Source of the DNA: Perkinsus chesapeaki ATCC PRA-425 | Taxonomy: Eukaryota > Protista > Perkinsozoa | Direction of reading: 5' to 3' | Assembly (NCBI GenBank): GCA_013115145.1 | Contig: JAAPAO010000180.1 | Span: 1-57,229, forward strand | DNA: 57,229 nucleotides | In this document: positions 39,332 through 51,300 of the stretch, in pieces | How positions within the stretch are numbered: the first letter of the stretch is position 1 | How the letters are laid out: each line of letters begins with the position of its first letter | Translations under genes and position numbers: made by a program | The notes under the pieces: generated by a model | What the model saw: only the letters and a program-made list of their open reading frames with translations | Told to the model about the DNA's origin: nothing | Databases searched by the model: none

Positions 39332-40900
39332 CTAGTTTACCTCCTCAGAAGGATTTGCCTTCCGTCGCTGACGTTCCTTCCTCTCATTTCGCTCCCTCCG
39401 GAGCTTCTCGGCAGATTCTAAAATACGACGCTGCGACACGCAACTCTCCTTATCTCGTGCTGCTATCAAAGCCGCTTGGTTGAGAATCTGAGCTCGATGC
39501 ATGCAAAATACTTACTAGGTTAACCCATACGCATTACATGTTCTATGTCAGCACCGGTCATTCCTTCAGTAGCGGCCGCTAATTTAGCATTGTCGACATC
39601 TTCGCCCAATTTCAATTTTCTCCCGTGGATAGCGAAGCACTGCTCTCGTGCAGCAGAGTCGGGCAAAGATACATGAATACAACGATCAAATCTGAAAGCG
39701 AGAAAGATACTAAATAGGTTGCCTCGAGTACACCTACCTCCCTGGGCGAGTAAGGGAGGAATCCAAACCATCAAATCTGTTAGTTGCTGCCATAACCACT
39801 ACTCCATCACGATCGGATATGCCATCCTAACATCACAAGCACTTAACAATCCAACAGCCGCTGGTAAAAGATTCCATAATAGACGACACACCAAAAGGGG
39901 TTGGAAGAATTGACCAATCATTGTTCAGATTACCGATACTTCTCGTACAATATTCCAGACCGCGTTAATTATGAAAGTGTTACTACCATCTCAATTAACA
40001 ATTGATTAATTGTTTGTGTGTATTCTTGACCATCTCCTCCTCTGAAGTCTAACATAAGACAGTTAATGCTTTCTCATCAACAATCTTCCTACTTCGACTT
40101 CCAATAGCATCCAGTTCATCTATAAATAAGATACACGGAGATACAGCCCGCGCCTGAATGGAGAATGAAGGTGGCTTTATTACCACTCCCAATGAAACAT
40201 CACCTGTGCGAAGACCTCTCTCACACGTTTAGCGCCCTGACCAACATACACCTCAACAAACTCCGATCCGCTTGCATATAAGAATGGGATATCACTGAAT
40301 AATACATTCCAAGGATTAGCCGAGTTAACCAGCAGCTTACTTAGCCTCACCAGCAGTCGCTCGACCAAGCAGTGTCTTACCAACTCCACTAGGTCCTTCT
40401 AACAGAACTCCTAATGGCGGCCTCGCTCCCAAGGAACTGACAAGAAGGAGATGTGAAGCGACGGAAAAATGGCTTACGAAAATGACTGAGGGTCTCGGAG
40501 GTATTGAACTATCTCTCGTAGCTCAACTTTTGTTTGTTCATGACCGGCCACGTCGGCGAACTTTGTGACATTCTTAGTAGTGGAAGCAGTTGGTGCTGAA
40601 AAAGATACGCTTGTCGAGAGGAAAACTGGCTAACAACCCTAGCTGAACCTTCCCCGAGAGGCTGTCCCCATAATTGTGTCAAAGACGCGACTTTTAGCTT
40701 CTTGATTCTCGACGGTAGTTTCCACAGTAGAGATATGAAGCCTATCCGTGCGGTTGATAACAGTGCTTAAGACCGTGCTAGAGGTGACTGGGCAGTTCCT
40801 CTGGCTAGCACACACGTCCCAAATCGATGGGAGTATAATAATAATGAGTCTATTGTTGATAGTATGCCAATGAGAGCAGCAAGCAAGGATCAACAGCCTC
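39332..40900 (-). CDS. FtsH-type AAA+ ATPase lacking a protease domain
   Basis: [65 protein letters not shown]|[13 protein letters not shown]; stop soon after the AAA lid; start approximate. Confidence 0.8.
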
Positions 40901-41060
40901 ATCCATACCAACTTATCACAGTGCCGTACAATATAGTACATAGAACACTATAATATATAGTATTACAATGGTTAACTTACTAAGGGCGCAACACACACAC
41001 TAGTAATAACGGTTTGTACGCTCATGCTCAGGTAGCTATCAAGTCAAGATCCTGTCCACA

Positions 41061-41975
41061 TCAGACAGACGCATTCAATTGTGTATGGTCAAGAAGGCAG
41101 CTTTTGTACAGCATCCCATTCATAGTAATCTCTGTTCGCGCGCTAATACTAGAGGGCGCGCTAGCCTGGTAAAGGTTGCCCCGCGCGATATGTGACCGCC
41201 AAAGGGACAGCGTTACACAAGCTGCGGTAAGCAAACAAATGAACACCCACCGTGGGGCTCGAACCCACGACCACAAGGTTAAGAGCCTTGCGCTCTACCG
41301 ACTGAGCTAGACGGGCAATTGATGAATACAGGAGTCCCAAAACGCCTACAAAGCAGCGTCGTACTTTTCTTAGCCCCGAATACTCCGTTGACTCCGTCGC
41401 CAGAGTACATTCGATACAGTATGAGAAAGCCCGCCAGAGATGCCGTCCATCCAATCAAGTCAGCCATCATTTGCAGCATAGCCAACTGAATAGTGACATT
41501 AAGTCACGCGCCACAAAATCATCACTATATCATACTGAAGCCTCGGCCTCTGTGCTAGTGTAACACTTAACGCCCTTTTCCATTGCTTCATTTGCGACCA
41601 TCTCGCTGCTGCCCGGCAAAGCAATCGTTAATGCCTCACAACTGCTGCCTGTCTTATCTCCACCATCAACTATACGATAACGTATCATCGGTGGCATCGT
41701 ACCATCCCTACGAAGACTAATGCATGCTACCGTGGAAGGAGCCGCTGTCTTACATTGATGGAACAAACGCAATCTCATTGACCTTCGAGTCCTTCAGTTG
41801 TTTCCAAAAGCTAGAAAACGGTACCTGTAATAGGTTCTATGGCAATAAGCTCCACCAGATGCCACCTTTACTTCGGATACCTCGCTTCTCGTCGCTGGTG
41901 GTGGACTCGCTCTATGTCCTTCCAAACGGTTAACAAGCACAAAAGCCAACCCGAAACCCGCCATTGTACCGCTCA
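41061..41975 (-). CDS. hypothetical membrane protein
   Basis: Exons including [14 protein letters not shown] and [24 protein letters not shown]; hosts tRNA-Lys in a short intron. Confidence 0.4.
41244..41316 (-). tRNA. trnK-CTT: tRNA-Lys (CTT)
   Basis: rc GCCCGTCTAGCTCAGTCGGTAGAGCGCAAGGCTCTTAACCTTGTGGTCGTGGGTTCGAGCCCCACGGTGGGTG. Confidence 0.95.
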
Positions 41976-42384
41976 ACCGAAGCGGGTCGATGTCGAAAGT
42001 CCATCGACCTTCCCTGACAAGCAACCATACATTATGCTCTATACCTCTAAGAGCAACGATCGTAATGCTAAAGCCTTGATCACCACTTGAGCATTATTAT
42101 ACGACGCAATGGATGTTTCTCGGATTCAGAGTCATAATTAAGGCATGAACTATTAAGTATTGCAACAGCCAAGTGAATGCTCCCCTATTACTTTTCATCC
42201 TTGTGAATATTGACTCCTATAACTCCCAAGGCTGAAGTAAGGAAGTCCATCGTGCAAGGCTCCACAAAAGACTTTCTGAAACGCCTTGGCGTAGAACTCA
42301 ACAATGAAGGCTGATAGGAAAGTCTCGTTACTGGACACTTTTACGGCCTAATCGTTCTTGTCGAAACCTGGAGTAGGAATGACA

Positions 42385-44254
42385 TTAACCCACAACCACA
42401 CCCACTGATCGGAAAAACAGCGGCAAGCAAATGCATATTATGAAGCATACAAGAAGCGAGTTCAATAGAGCAAAATCAGGGTATTGGTAATCGAGACGAC
42501 TTAACCCACCTGGTCGGAAACCTCCTGGCAAGAAGCTTGAGTTGAGCGTTGAAACTTGGAAGTAGTCACCACGTGTAAGGAAGAGCGTAGTTAACCATAG
42601 AAAGACACTCAACTTGACCAGAAAGTCACCAATCAACATAACCTAAAGAATCGACTCATCGAGCAACGGAATAATATGTAAAAAAGCGTCAGCCTGGGAT
42701 TCGAACTCGAGCCCTACACTAGAGACTTAGAGTATAATAACGGCAGCCCGATGCCATCCTTATTACCTTATACCGATAATGTGGAGACCAAAGGTTGGTC
42801 ATTACGACCAGTATGGGGTAGGAGAGGAAGTAAAGGATTCCAACAGCGCAGAACTTGTTGAGAAAATACTTCAATTTAGGACCTACAATGTGCAACTGAG
42901 CATAATGCAACAACGATACACCTCCGGTGGGGCTCGAACCCTCGACCATGGCGCTCTACCGAACTGAGCTACGCAGGCTTATATACCACCAAACGGAAAC
43001 TCCCATTACTACTAGCCTGTTTTCCTGTATTGTTGATGGCCCAGAGAAACCATGCCAGAAGACACAATCTCATAGCGCATAACAAATACCCCGTTAAACC
43101 TGAACACGACCAAATGAAAAGACATCGATACAAATAGAAAGTAGACGACACAAGAAGGACAAAGCGCCGTTTGTGACCGTCACCTGCAGACTAATGAAAT
43201 TGCAGCATCGATAGATGGAGTTAACCGTGAATTTATTACCTTCATTTTCATAGAACTTATAAGATGCATCATCCTTTATTTTACCAAATCCAACAATTAA
43301 TATATGTATTATCTAAACAACCAAGTTATATACAAGCAATTGCGAACTTTCATGTGAGTGTAATCCTCCAACGCTAATAAGAAGCATCGGTGATATTTCA
43401 AGTAGGTCGGGATGAACTCGCATACGGAGTTCGGCATCGCCAATATTACCGCAACCATAAACACTATTGGAATAACAATATCCAAGTCGCCCAAATCTCT
43501 CTGTAACAGTGTGTAGCCCGACGCGATTAGAATGAGCAGTGAAGTAACTGCAGAACAGCTCAGTCAGTATGTATTCGTACTTCTTATATTAACAACCCAG
43601 GTTCGATTCCTCCCTCCTCTATATTACCCACAACTTCATCCACTACACTTAACATCTGCGATATCACATCCAAAGCCTTCAAACCATACCCATTCGACGC
43701 ATACTTCCAAATATGAAGAACTTCAAATAGAATTACCAACGCCTGAAGCACTCATGAAAGAGAAATACCGTTCCTTAAATTATTCAGAGTATTAGCCGAT
43801 CGCCACATCCTTGTTGAACGTGCAAGGGAAACCAACGATAAGGAGATGTTATCGAACGAGCAGCACTGCTATTTGTAGTGCAGCCCGAGACAGTAATTAA
43901 GTCAGGTGTAATATTCTCCAATTACCTGTATAGCAATTATACATGCTAAAGTTATCACGACAGGGTGAAGAGATTCCGCTGACTTAACGAATCTTACACA
44001 AGCCTTACAGAAGTAGTACATAAATGCCCCTGATAAAATATATGCCCAGCTAGAGGTATCAGAAATAACTACTTACCATATATAATAACTTCGAGTAGGA
44101 AAATCCACTGCACCCCACTCCGTTCCACCGAAAATTCACTGCCATCTGGCTGGTGCGCCACAAACTCGAACCTGATTGACTTTCTGTTAAAAACCCCTAC
44201 GTAGGTCTCACCTAAGCCTCGCCGGTGAATTACCAAACTTTGGCGGATTGTCAC
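42385..44254 (-). CDS. GPR180/TMEM145-like multi-pass membrane protein
   Basis: Several TM exons (GDLDIVIPIVFMVAVIL, RLCLLAWFLWAINNT, LKYFLNKFCAVGILYFLSYPILVV, FLWLTTLFLTRGDYFQVSTLNSSFLPGG); boundaries approximate. Confidence 0.65.
42686..42714 (-). repeat. tRNA 3'-half-like element in intron
   Basis: rc GGGCTCGAGTTCGAATCCCAGGCTGACGC + TTTTTT. Confidence 0.7.
42919..42978 (-). pseudogene. 60-nt tRNA-like element lacking the anticodon arm, intronic
   Basis: rc GCCTGCGTAGCTCAGTTCGGTAGAGCGCCATGGTCGAGGGTTCGAGCCCCACCGGAGGTG. Confidence 0.8.
43596..43621 (+). repeat. tRNA T-arm/B-box element, antisense in intron
   Basis: CCCAGGTTCGATTCCTCCCTCCTCTA. Confidence 0.6.
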
Positions 44255-46519
44255 AATCGCTTATAGCGAAATACCATACTTGAGGTCGATTGAGTGTATA
44301 TAGATCACTCTGAAAAACACATTGAATGCTTTTATACATACATTATCCAACATCAGAAGAGGATGAAGCGTGAGAGCTGGAAAAGTTAGATCACCTGCTC
44401 AATTGTTGGGAAAGGTATCATCAAAATAATTATGATGAATTTGCACATCAAGTCCCTTGCCATTAATACTTATTCCAACCGTATCACACACATCCGCCCG
44501 ATTCGAGCATCGATAACCGATTGGACTAGCTACTAATCCTTGCTGTTGTAATAATAATGTATTAATACATGTTACCGAATGACCGTTTAGCTGCTCACGG
44601 ACGTTACCTCCAACCATTGAGACCATTCCCCATCGGCTGGTAACGTTATCATTGCACTGGAATGCCGCAAAGACCTTTTTTCACATTCTTCGAGAGCATC
44701 AACTTTAGCGAAGGCTTTTTCTTGATAACTGAATTGAAATTGCGCCTGTTTAGATGGGAAAGTATTACATGTCTATTGGGAGTAGCACTGGAGCTTCTGT
44801 ATGATTTCTCGTGGTTCGAATCCGCAATTTCCAAGTTCCTCTTCCTGATACAGCGACACACCAATTAACCTCCTGCGTATCTTTCATGCTCAACCTTAGA
44901 CACCTCTACTTAGTTTAATCAAGCATAGAGGTAGTTACACGCACCCTGTTCGACGGATGCAACACCGATGTCGGAATCAAATTGTTTGTATTGAAAACAC
45001 GTCTGAAATCGACTCGGTTTTAAATGCTTTCTATATTGATATATTGATTATGCTTTTTTTCATTTTGAGCCCAAAATTTTGTACCCATAATCATATTTTA
45101 GAACGTCATAATACCTGTATAATATCCGAACTTCGATAAATATCTCCATTTAGAATCAGTTGTCCTATTCCCACCAAGCAGAATTGGTCCTGTCTGGAAT
45201 TTACCATAAACCACCACGAGCAATGTTTGAATAAATACAAGTAAATAACATATCATTTGATAAACCAACTATAATAAACTATCACATATACGGATTGTCC
45301 GATATACACCTCTATTCCGCAAGCAATCTATTTCACAACCACATAATGTGAAGAATCTACCAAAGTAAAAGGATGCGCATGCGTGCAAAAATATAAATCT
45401 CACTGGGCTGGTTGGGAACTCTTCACTGAACTTCTTTGGCGGGATCATTCACCTTTTATAATTAATAATATGATTATGATCTTATACAATTATAACATAA
45501 CGATTGTCCATACGGAGTTAGTTTGATGGACAGTTAAATGGTAAAGTGAATGGTTAAGAAAATATCATCTTGGAAGTTGCTATGACATTCTCAATAGTTT
45601 AAATGTCTCAACCAGCAGCCAAAAAAATGCGCTTGGAGGTTAATAAAGGTCGAGGGTTTAAAAGAGATATCTTGAGGTCCAAGCTTGCTTCTCGTACATA
45701 CTTTAGATACGCCGTTGTTTCGCACAAGTTTCTTGCCGAAATTTTTGTGCCTATATTTGAACAGCCATGAGCTTATGACGTTCACTTCTACTTGCAAGAG
45801 TATCTTTATCGAATGTCAACCTCAACGTGATGCAGTATTGGATGCCAATAGGATATGTGTAATAACCGGGATATTATAGAATTCTATAAAGGGTGCTTTT
45901 CAATTGAGATGTATTTTCTAGGGCATACTTTATAGGAACACTCGAGGAGCACTATATAGTGATTATTAATATATTAATAATTACGAGTACAGTAAGTTGA
46001 TCGACCTCATTTTGTATCTATTATTATTCAAGTAAAATAAATTCACTTGAGTACCTTCACTAGCCTCATTACCAAAACTGACGGCGTGCATTGTGAGGGG
46101 AATATGAAGCAAAAACCAAACGGGCTATGTTGATATTGGAGAGATTTGACGCGGTAGAGGAGTACAAAATAGAGTCGGAAAGAGCTAGGATATTTTGCTT
46201 ATCACTGGGACTTCGTTGGGAAAATATTGTGTGATTATTCGGACAGCATAAATTACGAATCTCTCTGGGGCGAACTTTCATATGTGATAGGACCGACAAA
46301 ACAGATACGAACGCGTCCGTTAATTAGATCTTAATAAATGTTTAGCGCAACGTTACGTGTGTTGGGTAACGCAATTGCTGATAATTGTTCTGTTAAATTT
46401 AAAACGATGCGCGCCGACGTGAAGCCCACACTCATTACTTCCTATTGTCGATCGCTCATATGAAGCACAGGGACTTGAGAATGCCATAATGTTTATATGA
46501 ACACTTTTTACTATTAATA

Positions 46520-47340
46520 ATGTATGGTATTATCAGTAGTAGAGTAAACCATATGCGTTATATTATCCATATAATATTAGACTGGCCATATATAACCTAG
46601 TATCTTTCCAATAGGATACATTATAGAGGGTATTGCATTTAGTATTTACTATCAGAGTCGTTGCGGTTTGGGTTTCACACTTCGTAGCCGATCAAGCTCA
46701 TGTTATGGTCATACAACTGGTGGAGAAGTTGATGTTATTGAGCCACAATTATTAGTTGAAGAAATGTGCTCTAATTGTGGAAAACCCGTACGGTAAGTAT
46801 CTAACCTCGAGGGTATCTTTACATTTCTAACCTTAAGAGTATCTTTACATTTCTAACCTTGAGAGTATCTTTACATTTCTAACCTTGAGAGTATCTCTAC
46901 GTTTCTAACCTTGAGAGTATCTTCACATTTCTAACCTTGAGAGTATCTTTACATTTCTAACCTTGAGAGTATCTCTACGTTTCTAACCTTGAGAATATCT
47001 TTACATTTCTAACCTTAAGAGTATCTTTACATTTCTAACCTTAAGAGTATCTTTTCATTTCTAACCTTGAGAGTATCTTCAGATATGCTGAACATGATGG
47101 TAAATGTTGGTCGGTGATGATATACCCCGACAAGGAGCCATGCGATCCACCTCGATTGCACACCTTGAAAAGGAGGGATAGTCAAGTAGAGGCCGGTGCC
47201 TTTGTGGCACGGATACTATGTAATTATATTCATACCAACTTTCCCTCGATCATTTGAATAATGTTAAATGATAGCTTTGTCATTAGGTAATAAAGCGGCA
47301 ATGAGGAAGTCCTCGGAGGACCTGAGCTCATCTGGTACGT
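46520..47340 (+). CDS. small hypothetical protein (CxxC-containing) with minisatellite intron
   Basis: ..EEMCSNCGKPVR|YAEHDGKCWSV.. joined in frame across intron 46793-47082. Confidence 0.3.
46809..47082. repeat. 26-bp minisatellite, about 10.5 copies
   Basis: Unit GAGAGTATCTTTACATTTCTAACCTT with 0-2 substitutions per copy. Confidence 0.95.
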
Positions 47341-48339
47341 ATAATTATATCCATCCAATTGGTTATTACTCTGATGATGATTCCAGTAGTGATAGCGATG
47401 CATTCTTTTAGTATACTTACGTTTCTACCGATTATTCAAGGTATTGTTTTATAGTGGTGGAAATTATTAATGTATTTATAACATATTTATACTGCTTTAC
47501 TGGCTCTATTTGAACGTGCTGTATCATGCCCTGGTTAATAGCAAGGCTTTCATAACTATTAACCTTCAATATAAACTTATGAAGTAATTTGGGAGATGCA
47601 CAACATTTACAAAGTGCAAGTCTTGAGGAGCCCTTCGCGCTTTCCTTTTATGAGAAGGCTGGACTCACGTCAATTCCAATCAGAGAGTCGCAGGGCAATA
47701 TCTAATACTTCGGAAATTCACCTTGATGCTCGAACCTATTGTATCTCTATCGCGCTTTGAAACGCTTGTTTTTCCAGTAAGCAGTTCCTTCATTATCATA
47801 TGCCTCCATCGCGATCTAAACGTTCAAGTGCCAACTCATCGCACGGTATCATCGGCAACACGTTTGACAACGTGAGCGATATATTCATGCAGTTCGGTGG
47901 GGGGATGACAAATACTGGGTAATACGGGAAAAGGGACTCTCTATACCTAATGTCGACAGAGAGCAGATTTTCCTGTTATAACAAGTTTTACCTCATCAAA
48001 TTCCATTTTTACCATTTGTGCTCCAATTATCTCCTGTGTCACATTATTGGTGAATCTCTTCTCGCAGTGTTGGACTGTTTCTTCGTTGAACCATACTAAC
48101 AGTGGAGATATTCTTAATAATTGCTAGACCGGTGGGATTAGTTGTGAACCTACTAGATAGCTGTGTGGGTGGATTGAAGATATGAGGAGGGAGTGGTATC
48201 AGGTTCATGTCGGGCAGCACATTACTGACACTACAAGTACTAGTCCCTTCTGGAATGACGTTGCATATTCGTTATATTTGTTATTATCGTTTATATTATT
48301 GTATTTAATTAACTACGCATCGCAACTTTACAGCTTCTA

Positions 48340-51300
48340 ATGGCGGTGTTCCTCGAGCCCTCCATTTTTGAGAAAGTGAGGAGAACTACGTATATTCTGT
48401 CTGTGAGATTCGAGCCGGGGACCTTTCGATTGTTAGGGGCACTGGTTTTGGTCGAAGTAGTGCAGCAGTTATCTATTGCGGACCAGACCCGAGCATCGGA
48501 CAATTGTTCCGGAAGTTTGGCAAAAAAGATTCATTAACGAGAATAAAGGCGTTGGAGGAATTGCGTAGTAGGATTGAAAGCAGTGATGGTACGGGCGTGG
48601 GTTCGAACCCAGGATGAGACACTTTTTATTTCAGAAATAAACTCGAGTGGACTAGCAAGCATATTGGAACCATTTGCGGCACATTATAAGAGGTCGGCAT
48701 TGTTGGACCCCGGTAGTATCTTAGGTTGTTGCGTGCAACATACTGCTTCGGTCAGATTGGCGTTGTCGAGCAGCGATGCACGGCATAGTAGCGTTGTTGG
48801 TGCAGAAGCTTAAAAAGGAAGCTGTCGCATATCTTCCAGAAATACTACCTTCACTTTACTTGGCGTCATTGTAAGCTCGTGAGACATTAAGTATCGATTC
48901 GACCGTCTTGCAACACATCCGAGTATTACCACAAATTAGCAAATTTCCGGTTTGTTGGAAACTTTCACCGGAAGTAAATAAAGGCATTGATGATTGCTAT
49001 TCTGGCGGTGGACTGAACGGGCTTTCAACTCAACCTTCGAAATATCTTTTCAGATATGACACGCACTATGAAGTTTGCCGTTCAGCAAGCGCTGCTTTAT
49101 CGTTGATGTTCCCTCACGAAAATAAACGGAGAATGGCAATCTTTGACAACTTCCGAGACCCTGTCCGGAAGCAGGTACGTACAATAATTTCGTGGCGCGT
49201 GAAATATCGTCTGGGCAGATATGCTGGTTGTTATCAGAAGAATGCACTCCACAAGAGCTGGATGATATATTTGGTGCGGGAGCATCCAAGGTTGACGCAC
49301 GAGATGAAAGCGAGGAAAGATACGATCGCGCTTTATGTGCAGCTCTCACTGCGGTACCGAGGTAAATACATTCGCGCATCATCGTTGATAATCTTGCCCG
49401 TTTCGTCACATTAATTCCATTCGACACCGAAACCGAATGAAGGAGAGCCAGTACGTATCTAATCACCCTTCAAGGTCGAGGTGCCCTGTTTGAGGCTTCG
49501 TTAATTATAAACGATTACTTGACACTCTCCTTCGCTTGTTAATATCTATTCACAGTGTGCAGCACTACAGTGTTAAAATCAACGCATTTGGCACGCTTTC
49601 GAATTTCCGTTGCCTTCACAGCAGCAAGAAGGCATAAAACGGTTCTTGCAAGTACTATATGTTCATTAAGAGCGCTGAAAGTACAATATTTTTATTAATG
49701 TGGTCCAAATCATAGTATCGGTCATCCATTTCGTGTTTTAGATTCTCATTGGCCTATAATTCCAAGACAGACGTCGACCCAGCAATAGCGTCGTTGGACC
49801 TCACGAAGTTCTCATTGCCACCTTATCGCTCCGTGGTAATTATATATCAGATAATCGATCAACTGATCGATTTGGGGAGCGAGATTTCGATAATACCTTC
49901 TGTCATAGGTCCGTACAGCTGCTTTGGCACGGTGTTTGGTACCCCTTTTCAAGGATGGTATATTGAGGTCGAAGATACGGAATGAGCTCGATGCGCAAAA
50001 GATACTCAACTTGCTTTCCGCCACTATTGGCGATCTTACAGTCGGGAGGTCCACTGCAGATTTCATACAGCTTCTGGCTGAAGACAGGTAGTTCACTAAA
50101 ATGCCCGCGCCCTGGCGATCGATTTTGTATTTTTTCTTTAGTGATTTTTGCTCGGAACTGGAAGCAAATCGTAAATTACGCCAAGCAGTGTGCTCGACAG
50201 TTTCAGGTGGAAGTGACACTGTTAAAGCGATGCCGAGCATTATTGCTGGAGTGAATAAATCTGAGGTGGGTTGTAGGGAATCTTGGACTTCTGTCGTTCA
50301 GTGGTATGGTGGATTGTGGATAAGCGAGGAGGCAGAGATAGGCGAAAGTCGAACCGCGTCGAATATCAAATGAGGATCAGATGCCATCACAAAACCTCTC
50401 TTAAAGGCCTCTCTCTCGAACGCCCCATGTGTCGCCAAAATATTAGAAGAGCGCCCTGGAGTCTCCCTGAAGTTCAGTCTGATACACATTCTTCTATCAT
50501 TTCTGGAAATCCATAGCGTGAGAGATAATACCGAGGAAGCCTATGGCAACAGCTGTCGAGGTGGACACAAGTGAAATCACGGGGACTCGCACTTGGGTGA
50601 CCATCGAACCGTTTACCAATTCCACGACTTCGATAATGGTTTACCATCCCTTATATCAATAAGGGATGTGTTTCAGGTGTTACTAAGATGGAGTGTAGAA
50701 GAATTGATGCCGAGCATTCTGAAGGCATTGGGAGCACCACAGCCAGCGCCACCACCAAGAGTTATATATCAAGTATGAGATTACCGCGCGCCAAGAAATA
50801 TTGATGTCTCGTAACAGGTTTTCGGTGATTGCTTGGGTGTGATGGCGAGCAGTGAGGAATTCGTGGCGAGTTACAGCAATGAGATCGCTGAGCTTTTTAT
50901 GGAGTTGGCGCGGCATTATGTTTATTCAGGTAAGTGTACCATCCGGGGTTCGAACCTGCGACTTTACATTTCAAAACCCATCTGATTCGACTTCATATGA
51001 ATCGATGAATCCAAAGACACGCGCTTGTGTTAATTTGAGCGGCTGAATCTTTCAATGATGTATATGTGACGGCCGACGACCGAAAATAAGCTATAAAATC
51101 GAGGCGACTCGTTGAGCTCGACCGTTAAAATTTGCAGAAATGATAAAGTGCTGCCCCAATGAAAAATAAAATTTGCGAGCATACACCAATTCTAAGGAGA
51201 GCATTGATCGTGTAAGGGCGTTCAAAGGATTGAGGAACAAGTTCAACTTATATCCCAGCTAACACATTCCTAAGTGCGAATCAACGTGATGAAGGCCCTT

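Noticed and set aside
39745-39780. GGTTTGGATTCC T-arm-like sequence
   Set aside because: Coding for [14 protein letters not shown] of the AAA domain.
46809-47082. Possible CRISPR array or telomeric repeat
   Set aside because: Units are head-to-tail with no spacers; the eukaryotic context has no cas genes; there is no TTTAGGG/TTAGGG periodicity.
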